From contig CBDCWI010000002.1 in assembly GCA_965223325.1 (NCBI GenBank), forward strand, positions 3,808,001 through 3,872,000: 64,000 nucleotides of DNA. The letters are read 5' to 3'. The notes below the pieces were generated by a model. The model was not told the origin of the DNA. It did not search any database and saw only the letters and a list, made by a program, of their open reading frames with translations. The DNA is from Candidatus Multivoradales bacterium (lineage in GTDB: Bacteria; Acidobacteriota; Thermoanaerobaculia; Multivoradales; Multivoraceae). This document shows positions 17,020 through 26,317 of the stretch, piece by piece. A program made the position numbers and the translations under genes. The first letter of the stretch is position 1. Every line of letters begins with the position of its first letter.

Positions 17020-17223
17020 GGCGTAGAGGTGATAGCGATCGGCAACGCGATTCGCGAGTTGGAGCGTCTGGTCGAAGTGCACGGCGACGGTCGTTGGCGC
17101 AAGCTCAAGGGTGTAGCCAGCGTCAGGCTGCAAGATGATTCGATGTGCTCCGCTGAGATACACCGGTAGGAGGCTCACGGCATCGGCCGCCGCGAGTTCA
17201 AGCTGAAACGGCTCTTCGACTAA
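17020..17223 (+). pseudogene. Second copy of the unnamed basic protein, 5'-truncated with an internal stop
   Basis: VEVIAIGNAIRELERL...RWRKLKG...AEIHR*EAHGIGRREFKLKR. Confidence 0.75.
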
Positions 17224-17227
17224 ACCT

Positions 17228-17509
17228 ATGGAACAAGCCACCTTCGTCCTCTGCGTCAACCGCGATGGCTACGAGACCTCACTAGAGATCAGGAGGATCT
17301 ACCGGTCCCTCGCTGATCCCGCTGCCGCTGAGAGATCACTCATCCGTGTCGTCGATGAGACCGGCGAGGACTACCTCTTTCCCGCCGACTTCTTCGTTCC
17401 GATCGAGGTTCCACCGCCGCTCAACATCTGGCTGCACTGGATGAGAACCCGCGCTCGCTTCACTCGCTCAGGTCTCGTGCAGCTGAGCTTCGACCATTGT
17501 GTGTCGTAG
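17228..17509 (+). CDS. Second copy of the unnamed acidic protein; native C-terminus lost, runs through attC
   Basis: Homologous to 12005-12226 up to VPIEVP. Confidence 0.75.
   Translation: MEQATFVLCVNRDGYETSLEIRRIYRSLADPAAAERSLIRVVDETGEDYLFPADFFVPIEVPPPLNIWLHWMRTRARFTRSGLVQLSFDHCVS
17419..17502 (+). repeat. Degenerate attC (core GTT changed to ATT)
   Basis: GCTCAAC...ATTGTGT. Confidence 0.75.
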
Positions 17510-17515
17510 AAAAGG

Positions 17516-17941
17516 ATGAGGCTTCTCTTGCGTGGCGCGTCTCTTGGCCTGTTGGCGTTTATCGCGGTGGTTTATTCGCTTGGCGCTGTTGCAGTCGGGC
17601 TGGCACCGATATTCGAATTCGGTGCCGCCAAGGTTCGTGCGGAGCCGATGACCGCGATTTTCCTCGCGATCGTGAACGCCTCGGTGGCGACCGTTGCTGG
17701 AGTAATGTTCGCATCGCTGTTTCGCCGCAACCTGTGGGAGTTCATCGTCTTGTACTGGTCCTCAGGGGCGCTGATGCTTTGGTTTGTCGCGCCAGGGGTA
17801 TCAGCTTCGACCGTCGTCGCCTTGGCCCTTTCGCTCGCCCTAGGTGGCTGGCTGCTTCACAGGGAGCCGCACTGGCTCGGGTTCGACGCCGTGGGAACGC
17901 AGGAACGACACGCGCCACACAACACCTATGAGGTCCCCTGA
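17516..17941 (+). CDS. Hypothetical 4-TM membrane protein
   Basis: AAGGA RBS-like sequence; hydrophobic; stop codon lies within the IS end. Confidence 0.7.
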   Translation: MRLLLRGASLGLLAFIAVVYSLGAVAVGLAPIFEFGAAKVRAEPMTAIFLAIVNASVATVAGVMFASLFRRNLWEFIVLYWSSGALMLWFVAPGVSASTVVALALSLALGGWLLHREPHWLGFDAVGTQERHAPHNTYEVP

Positions 17942-17947
17942 CGTCAA

Positions 17948-18400
17948 GAGGCAAACGTCTCCTAGCGGACGAGGTCCGTGGCGGTTTTCGATCAGTCTCG
18001 AATTCTGACTTTGGTTTCAGAGTGGGTGCGAGGCGAAGCCTCTGCACCAAACACCTATTGGGCCTCTGTCCTCGCTATCGCGACGACTGCTGGCCTAGGC
18101 CAGCGGACCAGAAACACATCGGTGCCCTCGTACCGTCCGATTCAAACCGTGCTGGTCACGCCCGGGAGCGCGCCGGAGTTGGTTGCCTGGCTCGGGTGAG
18201 GGGCAGAGGTCGAGATCGACCGAATGCTGGAAGGTGAGTGGGAAGCCTCGTCCATTCAAACGCTGTGGCTGCCGGCGCTGTGTCCCAGGGCGCGTTGGGT
18301 GTCGATGCACCAGGAGCCGGTGCTCCGATGAAGCGCCAAGGATGGGATCTGGCCGTGTGGCTCCAGTTAGGCGGAGGGCTCGAGGCTTTCCGACTCGAGA
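17948..18400 (-). ncRNA. Candidate bridge RNA / seekRNA, copy 2
   Basis: Two differences from copy 1 over ~240 nt of core. Confidence 0.7.
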
Positions 18401-19357
18401 TCAGGCGTTTATGAATGTCGGGAGGTGGAAGGCTTCGTTGTTCTTCAGCATGAAGTAAACGGCGCGGCCGAGCTTGTGACGCAGAACAGCGTAGGCCTTG
18501 GTCTTGCCGTGCTTGCGCTTGAGGCGATCGAGCAGCTTCTTGCCGTGAGCCTGGCGCTGAGCGAAGAGCACGGCGGCCTCAGAGAAGGCCCACTTGAGAT
18601 GGTGGTTGCCGATCTTGTGGCCGCCGCTGCCGGTTCGCTTGCCTGCGGACTCATGCTGCGGACGAATCAGCCGGGCGTAGGAGGCGAATTGCTGCACGGT
18701 GGGAAACCTCGAGATGTCTTCGATCTCGTAGAGCATCGTCATGCCGAGGATAGGATCGACGCCGGGAATCGAAGTGAGGCGCGACAGTACGCTGGGATCG
18801 TGATCCTTGGCCAGAGCGAAGAGATGCCTCTCGACATCCGAGATCACCTCGTCGAAGGCCGCGATGAGTCGCTGGTTGGCGTCGATGCTCTTCCTAGCCG
18901 AGGGGTCGTCGAAGTGATGGAGAAGATCTGTGCGGTCCGACGGTCTGGCGATCCTGCCGAGCGACGTGTCGCAGTTGTACTGGGTGTTCGACGTACGGAT
19001 GTGGACGAAGAGCTGGGCGCGCTGGCGAGTGAAGTACTGGCGCCTGCGCAGCAGATCCCGCGCTGCACGCATCTTCTTAGGGTAGGTGTAGGCCATAGGA
19101 AAGGTGCCACCTCGCAGCAGCGCTGCCAGCTTGTAGGAATCGACCTTGTCGTTCTTGGCCTTGGCTCCGTGGATCGCGCTCATGTACAAGGCATGGCCGA
19201 GAACGAATTCGATTCCCTCTTCGGCGCAGAGGTCGGCGAGCCAATACCAGGAAAACATGCACTCGACGCCCACGACCAGATCGTTTCGGAAGGATTCGAT
19301 GGCCTCGAGGAAGGCATCAGGCCGAGCGGGGATGTTTCGGTGGTAGATCTTCTCGCC
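18401..19357 (-). pseudogene. IS110 transposase lacking the N-terminal ~29 codons
   Basis: Open frame with KNDKVDS and QHESAGK, but no start codon or first catalytic Asp. Confidence 0.88.
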
Positions 19358-19364
19358 TGATCTT

Positions 19365-19441
19365 CAACCGGGTGAACTCGACATGAACACGCGTCCGCTT
19401 TGCTCCCGCGCGTCCATGCGGGTTACCCTTGTCCGTTCGGC
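19365..19441 (+). repeat. attC site, right part after IS copy 2 (R'' at 17917-17923)
   Basis: Similar to attC 3193-3275. Confidence 0.85.
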
Positions 19442-19463
19442 GGCGAGAACTAGGCCCCAGACG

Positions 19464-19778
19464 ATGTACTACTACACGATAGAAAGCCCGGCCTTCGAGC
19501 CTCATGAGGTAGTCGAGGCCTGCATCGAGTCCGGCGCGACATCCGTTCTTCTTTCTGAGGCCGCCTCGGCCGGAGATTTCATGAAGCTGGAAACGGGTGT
19601 TGCCGGCGAACTGCTGCACAAGCTCTCGGTCTACGGGATTCGCCTGGCCGGCGTCGTTAGCGCCGCGGGGCCTCATCCTCCTCACTTCGAGGAGTTCGTC
19701 CGGGAAGCCAACCGCGGCGAACAGTGGCGATTCTTCTCCAACAGAAGCGATGCTGTGGCATGGCTCGAAAGCGAGTAG
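19464..19778 (+). CDS. DUF4180 family protein
   Basis: DFMKLETGVAGELLHKLSVY...FVREANRG. Confidence 0.85.
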   Translation: MYYYTIESPAFEPHEVVEACIESGATSVLLSEAASAGDFMKLETGVAGELLHKLSVYGIRLAGVVSAAGPHPPHFEEFVREANRGEQWRFFSNRSDAVAWLESE

Positions 19779-19792
19779 CGCGTGCCCTCGCC

Positions 19793-19876
19793 GCCGAACA
19801 ACTGGCTCCAGGCCGGCTCGCACCCGCGCTCGCTTCGCTCGCTCGGGCACGAGCGGCTCACCCTTGTCTGTCGTAT
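19793..19876 (+). repeat. Degenerate attC (core GTT changed to GTC)
   Basis: GCCGAAC...GTCGTAT. Confidence 0.78.
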
Positions 19877-19891
19877 CGCCAGGAGGTACAG

Positions 19892-20206
19892 GTGATCGAT
19901 ACCGAAGCGATGGAGTGGCTCCAGCCATGGGAGAAGGTCGAGGGTTCGGCTGCAAACCTAGAGCGTCAGTTGAATCGCGAGGTCACCGAGGGCCATCCGC
20001 TCTTCGGCCTCAGCGTCACCGCTCTTGCCCGACGCCGCGACACTGACGATGTCGTCTTTGCTGTCGGTGTGCCGACGAGGCGCTTGGCTGCTGTCCACCT
20101 AACGTGGGCCGGTCGCCAAGAGCCGCCCTTTCCAGAGACCGATCTGTTCGAAACGTTCGAGGCGTTCCGAGCCGCTGTCATGGAGCCAGGTCATGCGGAG
20201 GCCTAG
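19892..20206 (+). CDS. Hypothetical protein
   Basis: AGGAGG RBS + GTG; fills the cassette. Confidence 0.78.
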   Translation: MIDTEAMEWLQPWEKVEGSAANLERQLNREVTEGHPLFGLSVTALARRRDTDDVVFAVGVPTRRLAAVHLTWAGRQEPPFPETDLFETFEAFRAAVMEPGHAEA

Positions 20207-20213
20207 CATGGCG

Positions 20214-20296
20214 GTACAACAACCACACTCACTGGACGAGAACCTGCGGCCGCTCCGCGGCCACCGGCCCTCGCCAGTGATGTTCGTCCGTTGGGT
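20214..20296 (+). repeat. attC site
   Basis: GTACAAC...GTTGGGT. Confidence 0.88.
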
Positions 20297-20825
20297 GCCT
20301 AAGGCCCTCTCACTCCTCGTCGTCGTTCTGGCGTTCTTGTTGTCTTGCTCGGTCGTGGAGCGCCCATCCCCGCTCTTCGAGGGCCCACTGTTGACGCTGA
20401 GTCACTATCCGGGAATGGGGCACACGGTGGGGCGTTGGTACAAGCTCTTCCACCCGCGATCGAGAATGCCAGAGGACTGGAGCTTCCAGCTCTATCCGGA
20501 CGCCCGGGTCGAGATGTCTAGGCGTACCTGCAAACATGAGCATGTCTGGAGCGAAGCCCATCGGCTGTCGAGCAAGGACTTCGAAAGGCTCCTGGCACTC
20601 GTTGAGCCACTTCGTGAGCTCGAGCCCGAGACTTATCGAATCTGCTGCGACGATGTTCCCGGAGATATCGTGAAGTTGCATGACATGGGCGCACCCTTCG
20701 AGGTCCAGTTGGAGTACCAGGCGGGCCATCCGGCAGCGGGTAGCGGGCAGCGGGCGATTGCCGACGTCTTCGCCTTTGTAAGATCAAGGTATGAACCCCC
20801 TACGTGGCCAATCTGCCGTTGGTAG
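20295..20825 (+). CDS. Putative lipoprotein
   Basis: Hydrophobic signal ending LLSC. Confidence 0.65.
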   Translation: MPKALSLLVVVLAFLLSCSVVERPSPLFEGPLLTLSHYPGMGHTVGRWYKLFHPRSRMPEDWSFQLYPDARVEMSRRTCKHEHVWSEAHRLSSKDFERLLALVEPLRELEPETYRICCDDVPGDIVKLHDMGAPFEVQLEYQAGHPAAGSGQRAIADVFAFVRSRYEPPTWPICRW

Positions 20826-20832
20826 CGCGGCT

Positions 20833-20917
20833 CCACAACAACCAGCTTCACAACGACCAGAACCCTCAGCCGCTGCGCGGCCTCCGGGTTTCGGCGTGTG
20901 AGGTTCGTCCGTAGGGT
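20833..20917 (+). repeat. Degenerate attC (core GTT changed to GTA)
   Basis: CCACAAC...GTAGGGT; same subtype as 4487. Confidence 0.78.
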
Positions 20918-21557
20918 GGCCAAGGGCGCGTCGCCCGACGTGCATGTCTTTCGCAAAGAAGAGACGGTCAGGATGTACTTCCATTGCCCTGTCTACAGCG
21001 GTGGTCCCGTCAACAGTATCGGGAGCTACAGGCAGGCAACCTTCGCGGCAACATCTAGGGATGGGCTGACCTTCGAGGCGAACCCGGAGGTGTTGGGTAA
21101 CTCGTACTTTCGAGTCTGGCAGCACGACAAGTTCTTCTACGCCGTCGGCATGCCTGGGGTGCTGTATCGATCTCGAGATGGCCTAACCGACTTCGAGGAG
21201 GGGCCCACGCTTTTTGACAAGAGAATGAGGCACTCCGCCGTTATGAAGAAGGGTCAGAAGCTGCTGATCTTCTACTCGAACAAGGGCGACAACCCTGAGG
21301 CCATTTTGTTGTCTACGATCGATCTGCGTGGTGATTGGTCAGAGTGGGTTGCTACGAGCCCGCAGACGCTTCTTCAGCCCGAGCTTCCGTGGGAGGGAGC
21401 GCACCTCCCTCTGATTGCTTCCTCTGACGGAGCGGCGAAGGGGTCCGTGAATCAGCTGCGAGATCCTGCCATCTTCGTTGAAGATGCTCGCTCCTACTTG
21501 CTCTACTCAGTCGCTGGGGAACGGGGAATCGCGATAGCAGAACTTGTATGGGACTAG
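20916..21557 (+). CDS. Beta-propeller glycoside-hydrolase-like protein, probably N-terminally truncated
   Basis: ASPDVH, Asp-box SRDGLTF/SRDGLTDF, LRDPAIF; start uncertain. Confidence 0.6.
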   Translation: MAKGASPDVHVFRKEETVRMYFHCPVYSGGPVNSIGSYRQATFAATSRDGLTFEANPEVLGNSYFRVWQHDKFFYAVGMPGVLYRSRDGLTDFEEGPTLFDKRMRHSAVMKKGQKLLIFYSNKGDNPEAILLSTIDLRGDWSEWVATSPQTLLQPELPWEGAHLPLIASSDGAAKGSVNQLRDPAIFVEDARSYLLYSVAGERGIAIAELVWD

Positions 21558-21573
21558 AACTGACAGCAAGGTC

Positions 21574-21658
21574 GCCCAACAAGGCCGATGAACGCGGGCA
21601 TCAACACGTGCTCGTTCGTTCGCCCGTTTGCTGCCGGTTGTCGGCAGATTCGTTGTGC
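21574..21658 (+). repeat. attC site (divergent)
   Basis: GCCCAAC...GTTGTGC. Confidence 0.7.
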
Positions 21659-21804
21659 GGCTACTGCAGGGGCGTCGTTTGCGCTCTCGGTTGATCTTCT
21701 TGAGGTCCTGGCGCAGAACTTGGGCGACGAGCCTCCCGCTCTGTCTTCGCTTCGCCTTTGGGTCGGCGGGCGAAGGCCGGTGATCCATGAAGCGCCGCCG
21801 AACC

Positions 21805-21986
21805 CCTATGAGGTCCCTGACGTCAAGCGGCAGACGTCCTCCTAGCGGACGCGGTCCGTAGGGTTTTCGATCAGTCTCGAGTCTCCGACTCTGGTTTCAG
21901 AGTGGGTGCGAGGCGAAGCCTCTGCACCCAACACCTATTGGGCCTCGGCCCTCGCTTTCGCGACGACTGCTGGCTTGGGCCAGCGG
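21805..21986 (-). mobile_element. IS110 right-end remnant, copy 3, inserted after R'' GCCGAAC (21797-21803)
   Basis: Homologous to 12242-12424; marks the end of the array. Confidence 0.88.
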
Positions 21987-22107
21987 GCTGGGTTTGATCC
22001 CGCCTGGTGAAGCGGCGCCGAAGGTACTGGGAGCAGACGAATCCAGGGGCGGTTGCCAGGTCGCTCTTGAGGGAAGCGCCTCCTAAACCGTAGGTTCGCA
22101 GGACTCG

Positions 22108-23331
22108 CTAGCCAAACGGGAACGTCGGAAGCGTCAGGACCTCGCAGTCGCCGGCGGTTTGTGGAGCGGCGTGTGCCCTCACCCGCACGATGGCGTTGCC
22201 GCGGCCGTAGGCGCGCAGGTCGTGGGAACCGGCGGGTCTGTGTGGCGTGACCTCGAGGACACCTGCATTGGCCTCGGCGGTTGCGGATAGGAAGCGGTCG
22301 CGGTCGCGTGCGCCGGGGAGCTTCGTCCCTTCGGCGAGAACCCCTCCGAGGGCGCCCTGCCAGAAGCTGTCGGTAAGACCCTGCAGTTGGTTGAGGGCGG
22401 GGCGGACGAAGAGCCAGAAGGTGATCATCGCCGAGGCTGGGTTGCCCGGGAGGCCAAAGACCCAGCCGCCGGCGTGAGTCGCCGCGACGAGTGGCTTCCC
22501 GGGTTGGATGGCGACTGCGTCGAAGAGAACCTCGCAACCGCATCCGCTGAGGACGTCTTCAACCAGGTCGTAGTCGCCCGCTGAGACGCCGCCGGTGAGC
22601 AGAAGAACGTCGCTTTCGAGCCCGGTTTCGATTCGCGCCTTCAGATCAGCGAGATCGTCGCGTGCGATGCCGAGCAGCTCGACGGATTCCGCGTAGCGGC
22701 CGGCAGCGGTCTCGAAGAAGGCGCTGTGGGAGTCGCGCAGCTGGCCCGGGCCGGGTTCCTCGTCGGCCGCTACGACTTCATCGCCGGTGGTCAACATCGC
22801 GACCTTTGGCCTCCGGGTGACGTCTACTTCGGCGATGCCCTGCGACGCGAGCACTCCCAACGCCGCGTCGGTGAGGAGCGTTCCGGGTTCGAACAGGGGT
22901 CCGCCAGCGGCAACCACTTCGGCCCGTCGGCGAATGTGTGAGCCGGCCGTCTCCACAGCATCGAAGCGCACGCGCTCCTGGCCGGCGTCGGTGAGCTCGA
23001 AGGGCACGACGCGATCGGCGGTTTCGGGGACTGGGGCGCCGGTCATGATGCGAACTGCGCTCCCGGGCGCCATTGCGTACCCTGGTGGGTCACCGGCAGC
23101 GATCACGGCGTCCACCGTTCGCACCTCTCCGGCTGCCGGTTCACCCTTGTCCTGGGCCAGCGCGAGTGCGTAGCCATCCATCGCCGAGACGTCGTGGTGG
23201 GGCACGTCGGTGGTCGCGGCGACGGCTTGCGCGGTCACCCTCCCGGCGGCGTCCCGACGCCGGACGGTTTCGGCGGCAAGCGGTTCAAGGTGCTCGGCGA
23301 GGCGATTCCAGGCTTCACGAGGGTGGAACAT
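22108..23331 (-). CDS. moeA: Molybdopterin molybdotransferase
   Basis: SAMDGYA, IMTGAPVP, TGDE, TGGVSAG, QPGKP, GLPGNP. Confidence 0.95.
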   Translation of the reverse strand: MFHPREAWNRLAEHLEPLAAETVRRRDAAGRVTAQAVAATTDVPHHDVSAMDGYALALAQDKGEPAAGEVRTVDAVIAAGDPPGYAMAPGSAVRIMTGAPVPETADRVVPFELTDAGQERVRFDAVETAGSHIRRRAEVVAAGGPLFEPGTLLTDAALGVLASQGIAEVDVTRRPKVAMLTTGDEVVAADEEPGPGQLRDSHSAFFETAAGRYAESVELLGIARDDLADLKARIETGLESDVLLLTGGVSAGDYDLVEDVLSGCGCEVLFDAVAIQPGKPLVAATHAGGWVFGLPGNPASAMITFWLFVRPALNQLQGLTDSFWQGALGGVLAEGTKLPGARDRDRFLSATAEANAGVLEVTPHRPAGSHDLRAYGRGNAIVRVRAHAAPQTAGDCEVLTLPTFPFG

Positions 23332-23456
23332 CGCCCCGATTCTTACCACGCTCGGTCGATTCAGCCCCGCCCCTGCTTTGTTGGGAAGAATGCGCAAGTG
23401 CGCATGGGTACCCCGTGCTGGTTGTCGACTCTTGCGGTCGATAGACTCCAGGCAGT

Positions 23457-24335
23457 GTGATTTCAGATCAAGCCCGAAACAAGAACCTGTCGACTGGTCC
23501 CACCCCCCCTCGAGGTGTGCGGCGGGCGCGTCAGCGCTATCAGTACCGCGCCGAACTCGGTGAGCTGGGCCTGGCCAAGATCCTCTACACGATCCACCAG
23601 CACGACGTGCCTGGGGTCGTGCGCGTCGTTCATGACGGGGCGGTTCGGCAGATCTACGTCCGCAATGGCGAGATCGTGCATGCCGCATCCTCGGAGCTCT
23701 CCGACTCGCTTGGCTCCTGGCTGATAGAGGCTGGTCTGATCTCCAGCGACGAATACCAGCAGGTCAGGCGCCAGGGTCGCTCGACGAGTCGTCCGATGGG
23801 CCAGCGCCTGATCGACCGGGGTTTGCTTTCGCCGTCGGTCGTTGGTTCGGCCCTCAAGCGTCATGTCGAGGCAATCGTCTGGCGGACGTTCGCCTGGGAA
23901 CGCGGCGAGGTCACCTTCATGATCGGCGAATTCGATGAGCCGGTCCCGAGCACGATCCGGCTGCCCGTGCGGCTGGCCATCAAGTTGGGAATTCGACAGT
24001 TCGCACGCCCGTTGGAGCTGGTGGCCAAGCTGGGCCCGGACAGTCGCTACGCACTGCGTGCCGATGTCGAGGACCTGATTGCGCTCGAGTTCGACAGTGT
24101 CGAGATGGGGCTGATCAAGAGAATCGACGGCAGGGCGAGGGTTCGGGATCTGTGCTCTTCGAAAGAGCTATCCCCGGTCGACAGCGCTAGAATCCTCTAC
24201 GCGCTGCGGGTGCTCAACCTCTTGCGTACGGAGAGAGAGGCCTCGGCAGATGGCGCGGCCCGCAGTCCCGGTTCCCGGAGGCCCGGCTCTCAGAGTTCAG
24301 GGTCGGGGGGGATCAGGATCCGGCTGTCGACCTAA
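23457..24335 (+). CDS. DUF4388-domain protein
   Basis: IYVRNGEIVHAAS...LGSWLIEAGLIS...FAWERGEVTF. Confidence 0.75.
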   Translation: MISDQARNKNLSTGPTPPRGVRRARQRYQYRAELGELGLAKILYTIHQHDVPGVVRVVHDGAVRQIYVRNGEIVHAASSELSDSLGSWLIEAGLISSDEYQQVRRQGRSTSRPMGQRLIDRGLLSPSVVGSALKRHVEAIVWRTFAWERGEVTFMIGEFDEPVPSTIRLPVRLAIKLGIRQFARPLELVAKLGPDSRYALRADVEDLIALEFDSVEMGLIKRIDGRARVRDLCSSKELSPVDSARILYALRVLNLLRTEREASADGAARSPGSRRPGSQSSGSGGIRIRLST

Positions 24336-24479
24336 GGGCTGCCGGTTGCGTCCGCTGCCGGACGTCACGAACCGCAGCGAAAAGGCGTGCTTCGGCCCTA
24401 CGCGAAACGTCGGGTAGGAGGCACAGGTAGTGTTTGGCTGCTGGATACGTGTCCACCAGCTTTCAGGAGACGATAGAGA

Positions 24480-24821
24480 ATGCCTCTTTACGAATACCAA
24501 TGTGGAAAGTGTGGGACCTCGGTCGAGGTGATCCACGGCGTGAGTGAGAAGGGCCCGGCGACCTGTAAGGAAAAGGGCTGCCGCGGTCGCATGCAGCGCC
24601 AGATTTCTGCGCCCGCGTTCCAGTTCAAAGGCTCAGGCTGGTACGTCACCGACTACGGCAAGGGCGGTAGTGGTGGAGGCAAAACGGAAAAGTCCTCGGA
24701 CTCTGAGAGTTCGTCGGCGAGCGAGAGTTCGTCTTCTGAGAAGAGCGGAAGCGACAGCAAAGCCAAGGACGACAAGAAGTCGTCGAAGAAGGAAAAGAAG
24801 GACAAGAAGGCCACCGGCTAG
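24480..24821 (+). CDS. FmdB family zinc-ribbon protein
   Basis: MPLYEYQCGKCG...FKGSGWYVTDY with a Ser/Lys-rich tail. Confidence 0.92.
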   Translation: MPLYEYQCGKCGTSVEVIHGVSEKGPATCKEKGCRGRMQRQISAPAFQFKGSGWYVTDYGKGGSGGGKTEKSSDSESSSASESSSSEKSGSDSKAKDDKKSSKKEKKDKKATG

Positions 24822-24871
24822 TACGAGGGCGAGGACCGCTCAGACGCGGTGCGGTTCACTGGTACGGGGTA

Positions 24872-26317
24872 CTAGCGGCTATTGGCCGCCGACCAAACCT
24901 CTTCGTCGACGGAACTGTTCTTCTCGTTGTCTTTGCCGTTTCCCTTGCGACCGGTAAGACCCGCCTTCTTGGCGTAGTAGCGAAACGACCGGAAGCTCAT
25001 CCCGAGTAGCTCGGCGGCCTGCGTCTGAACGTTGTCGGTGCGCTCTAGAGCTTCGCTCATCAATCGTGCGCGAATCCCTTCGAGGTAGTCCTCGAGGTTC
25101 AGGCCGTCGTCGGGCAGGCTGATCGTGTCGGAAGGGTCGCTCGCCTGCTGGCTCAAGTGAGAGGGCAGGTCGCTGGTTTCGATGGAGTCGGAGGAGGCCA
25201 GGGCCAGACAGCGCTCGACCAGGTTCTCGAGCTCGCGCACGTTACCGGGCCAAGGGTAGTTCTCGAGCACGCGAATGGCTTCCATCGAGAAGCGTGCCGG
25301 CTCGGTTCCCATCTGTTCTCCGAACTTGCGCAAGAAGTGGTCGGTGAGAAGAGAGATATCTTCGCGACGCTCGCGAAGTGGCGGTAGCTCAATCGGGATG
25401 ACGTTGATGCGGTAGAAGAGGTCTTCGCGAAACTCGCCCGACTCGATCAGGCCGGCAAGGTCGCGGTTGGTCGCCGCGATGATGCGCACGTCAACGGGTT
25501 CTTCACGGTTGCCACCGACTTTGCGTACGGTCTTCTCCTGGAGCGCGCGCAGTAGCTTGACCTGCATCGGTGGGGTCATCTCGCCGATCTCGTCGAGGAA
25601 CAGGGTTCCGTTGCTGGCCTCCTGGAAGAGACCCTTCTTCTCGCGCACCGCGCCGGTGAAGGCTCCCTTCTCATGGCCAAAGAGTTCGCTTTCGAGCAGG
25701 TTCTCAGGCAGTGCCCCACAGTTGATCGACAGGAAGCGCGAGTTGGAGCGTGGGCTGTTGTAGTGCACGGCGCGGGCGATGAGCTCCTTGCCCGTGCCGC
25801 TCTCGCCGCGCACCATCACGGTCGAGTTGGTGCGTGCGACCTTCTCGATGAGCTCGAAGATCGCCTGCATCTTGCGACTTCGGCCGATGATGTTGGAGAA
25901 CGTGTACTTCTGCTCGAGCTCGCGCCGCAAGTAAACGTTCTCTTCGACCAGTTCGGTGCGCTCGAGTGCCTTCTCGACCAGGACCTTCAGCTCCTCGACA
26001 TCGAAGGGCTTCGAGACGTAGTCATAGGCCCCGAGTCGCATCGCCTCGATAGCTGACTTGGTCGATGTGTAGGCGGTCATGACGATCACCGTCGTCTTGT
26101 CGTCGTTCTCTTTGATCTCCTTGAGAACATCGAGCCCACTGCCGTCGGGCATCATGAGGTCGCAGAGGACGAGATCGAAGGTGGTCTCCGAAAGGCAGCG
26201 ACGCGCGTCGGCAACCGACTCGGCCGTGCTGACCTGGAAACCGTCTTCCTCGAACAGGAGGCGAATGAACTCGAGAAGACTGATCTCGTCGTCGACGACA
26301 AGAATTCGTGCGCTCAT
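24872..26317 (-). CDS. pilR: Sigma-54-dependent response regulator (PilR-like)
   Basis: REC domain, GESGTGKE, GAFTGA, Fis-type HTH; lies in a pil cluster. Confidence 0.88.
   Translation of the reverse strand: MSARILVVDDEISLLEFIRLLFEEDGFQVSTAESVADARRCLSETTFDLVLCDLMMPDGSGLDVLKEIKENDDKTTVIVMTAYTSTKSAIEAMRLGAYDYVSKPFDVEELKVLVEKALERTELVEENVYLRRELEQKYTFSNIIGRSRKMQAIFELIEKVARTNSTVMVRGESGTGKELIARAVHYNSPRSNSRFLSINCGALPENLLESELFGHEKGAFTGAVREKKGLFQEASNGTLFLDEIGEMTPPMQVKLLRALQEKTVRKVGGNREEPVDVRIIAATNRDLAGLIESGEFREDLFYRINVIPIELPPLRERREDISLLTDHFLRKFGEQMGTEPARFSMEAIRVLENYPWPGNVRELENLVERCLALASSDSIETSDLPSHLSQQASDPSDTISLPDDGLNLEDYLEGIRARLMSEALERTDNVQTQAAELLGMSFRSFRYYAKKAGLTGRKGNGKDNEKNSSVDEEVWSAANSR

Larger units (their letters stand above)
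17925..19364 (-). mobile_element. IS110-family element in attC, copy 2 (left-end deletion)
   Basis: Same AACA/CCTATGAGGTCCCCTG and TGATCTT/CA junctions as copy 1. The left IR and transposase start are missing. Confidence 0.92.
511..21804 (+). mobile_element. Integron gene cassette array, ~30 cassettes
   Basis: Recurrent imperfect palindromes (AAC...CGCT(T/G)CGCTC...GTCCGTT). In most cassettes the R'' is complementary to the GTT core at the cassette's own 5' end. Confidence 0.96.

Noticed and set aside
970-21658. attC repeats as a CRISPR array or REP elements
   Set aside because: The repeats are imperfect dyads of mostly 74-87 bp, separated by whole genes, with AAC/GTT cores and an integrase next door. 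There are no cas genes.
22108-23688. 526-aa MoeA with a long N-terminal extension
   Set aside because: The extension overlaps the divergent DUF4388 gene; homology starts at Met 23331.
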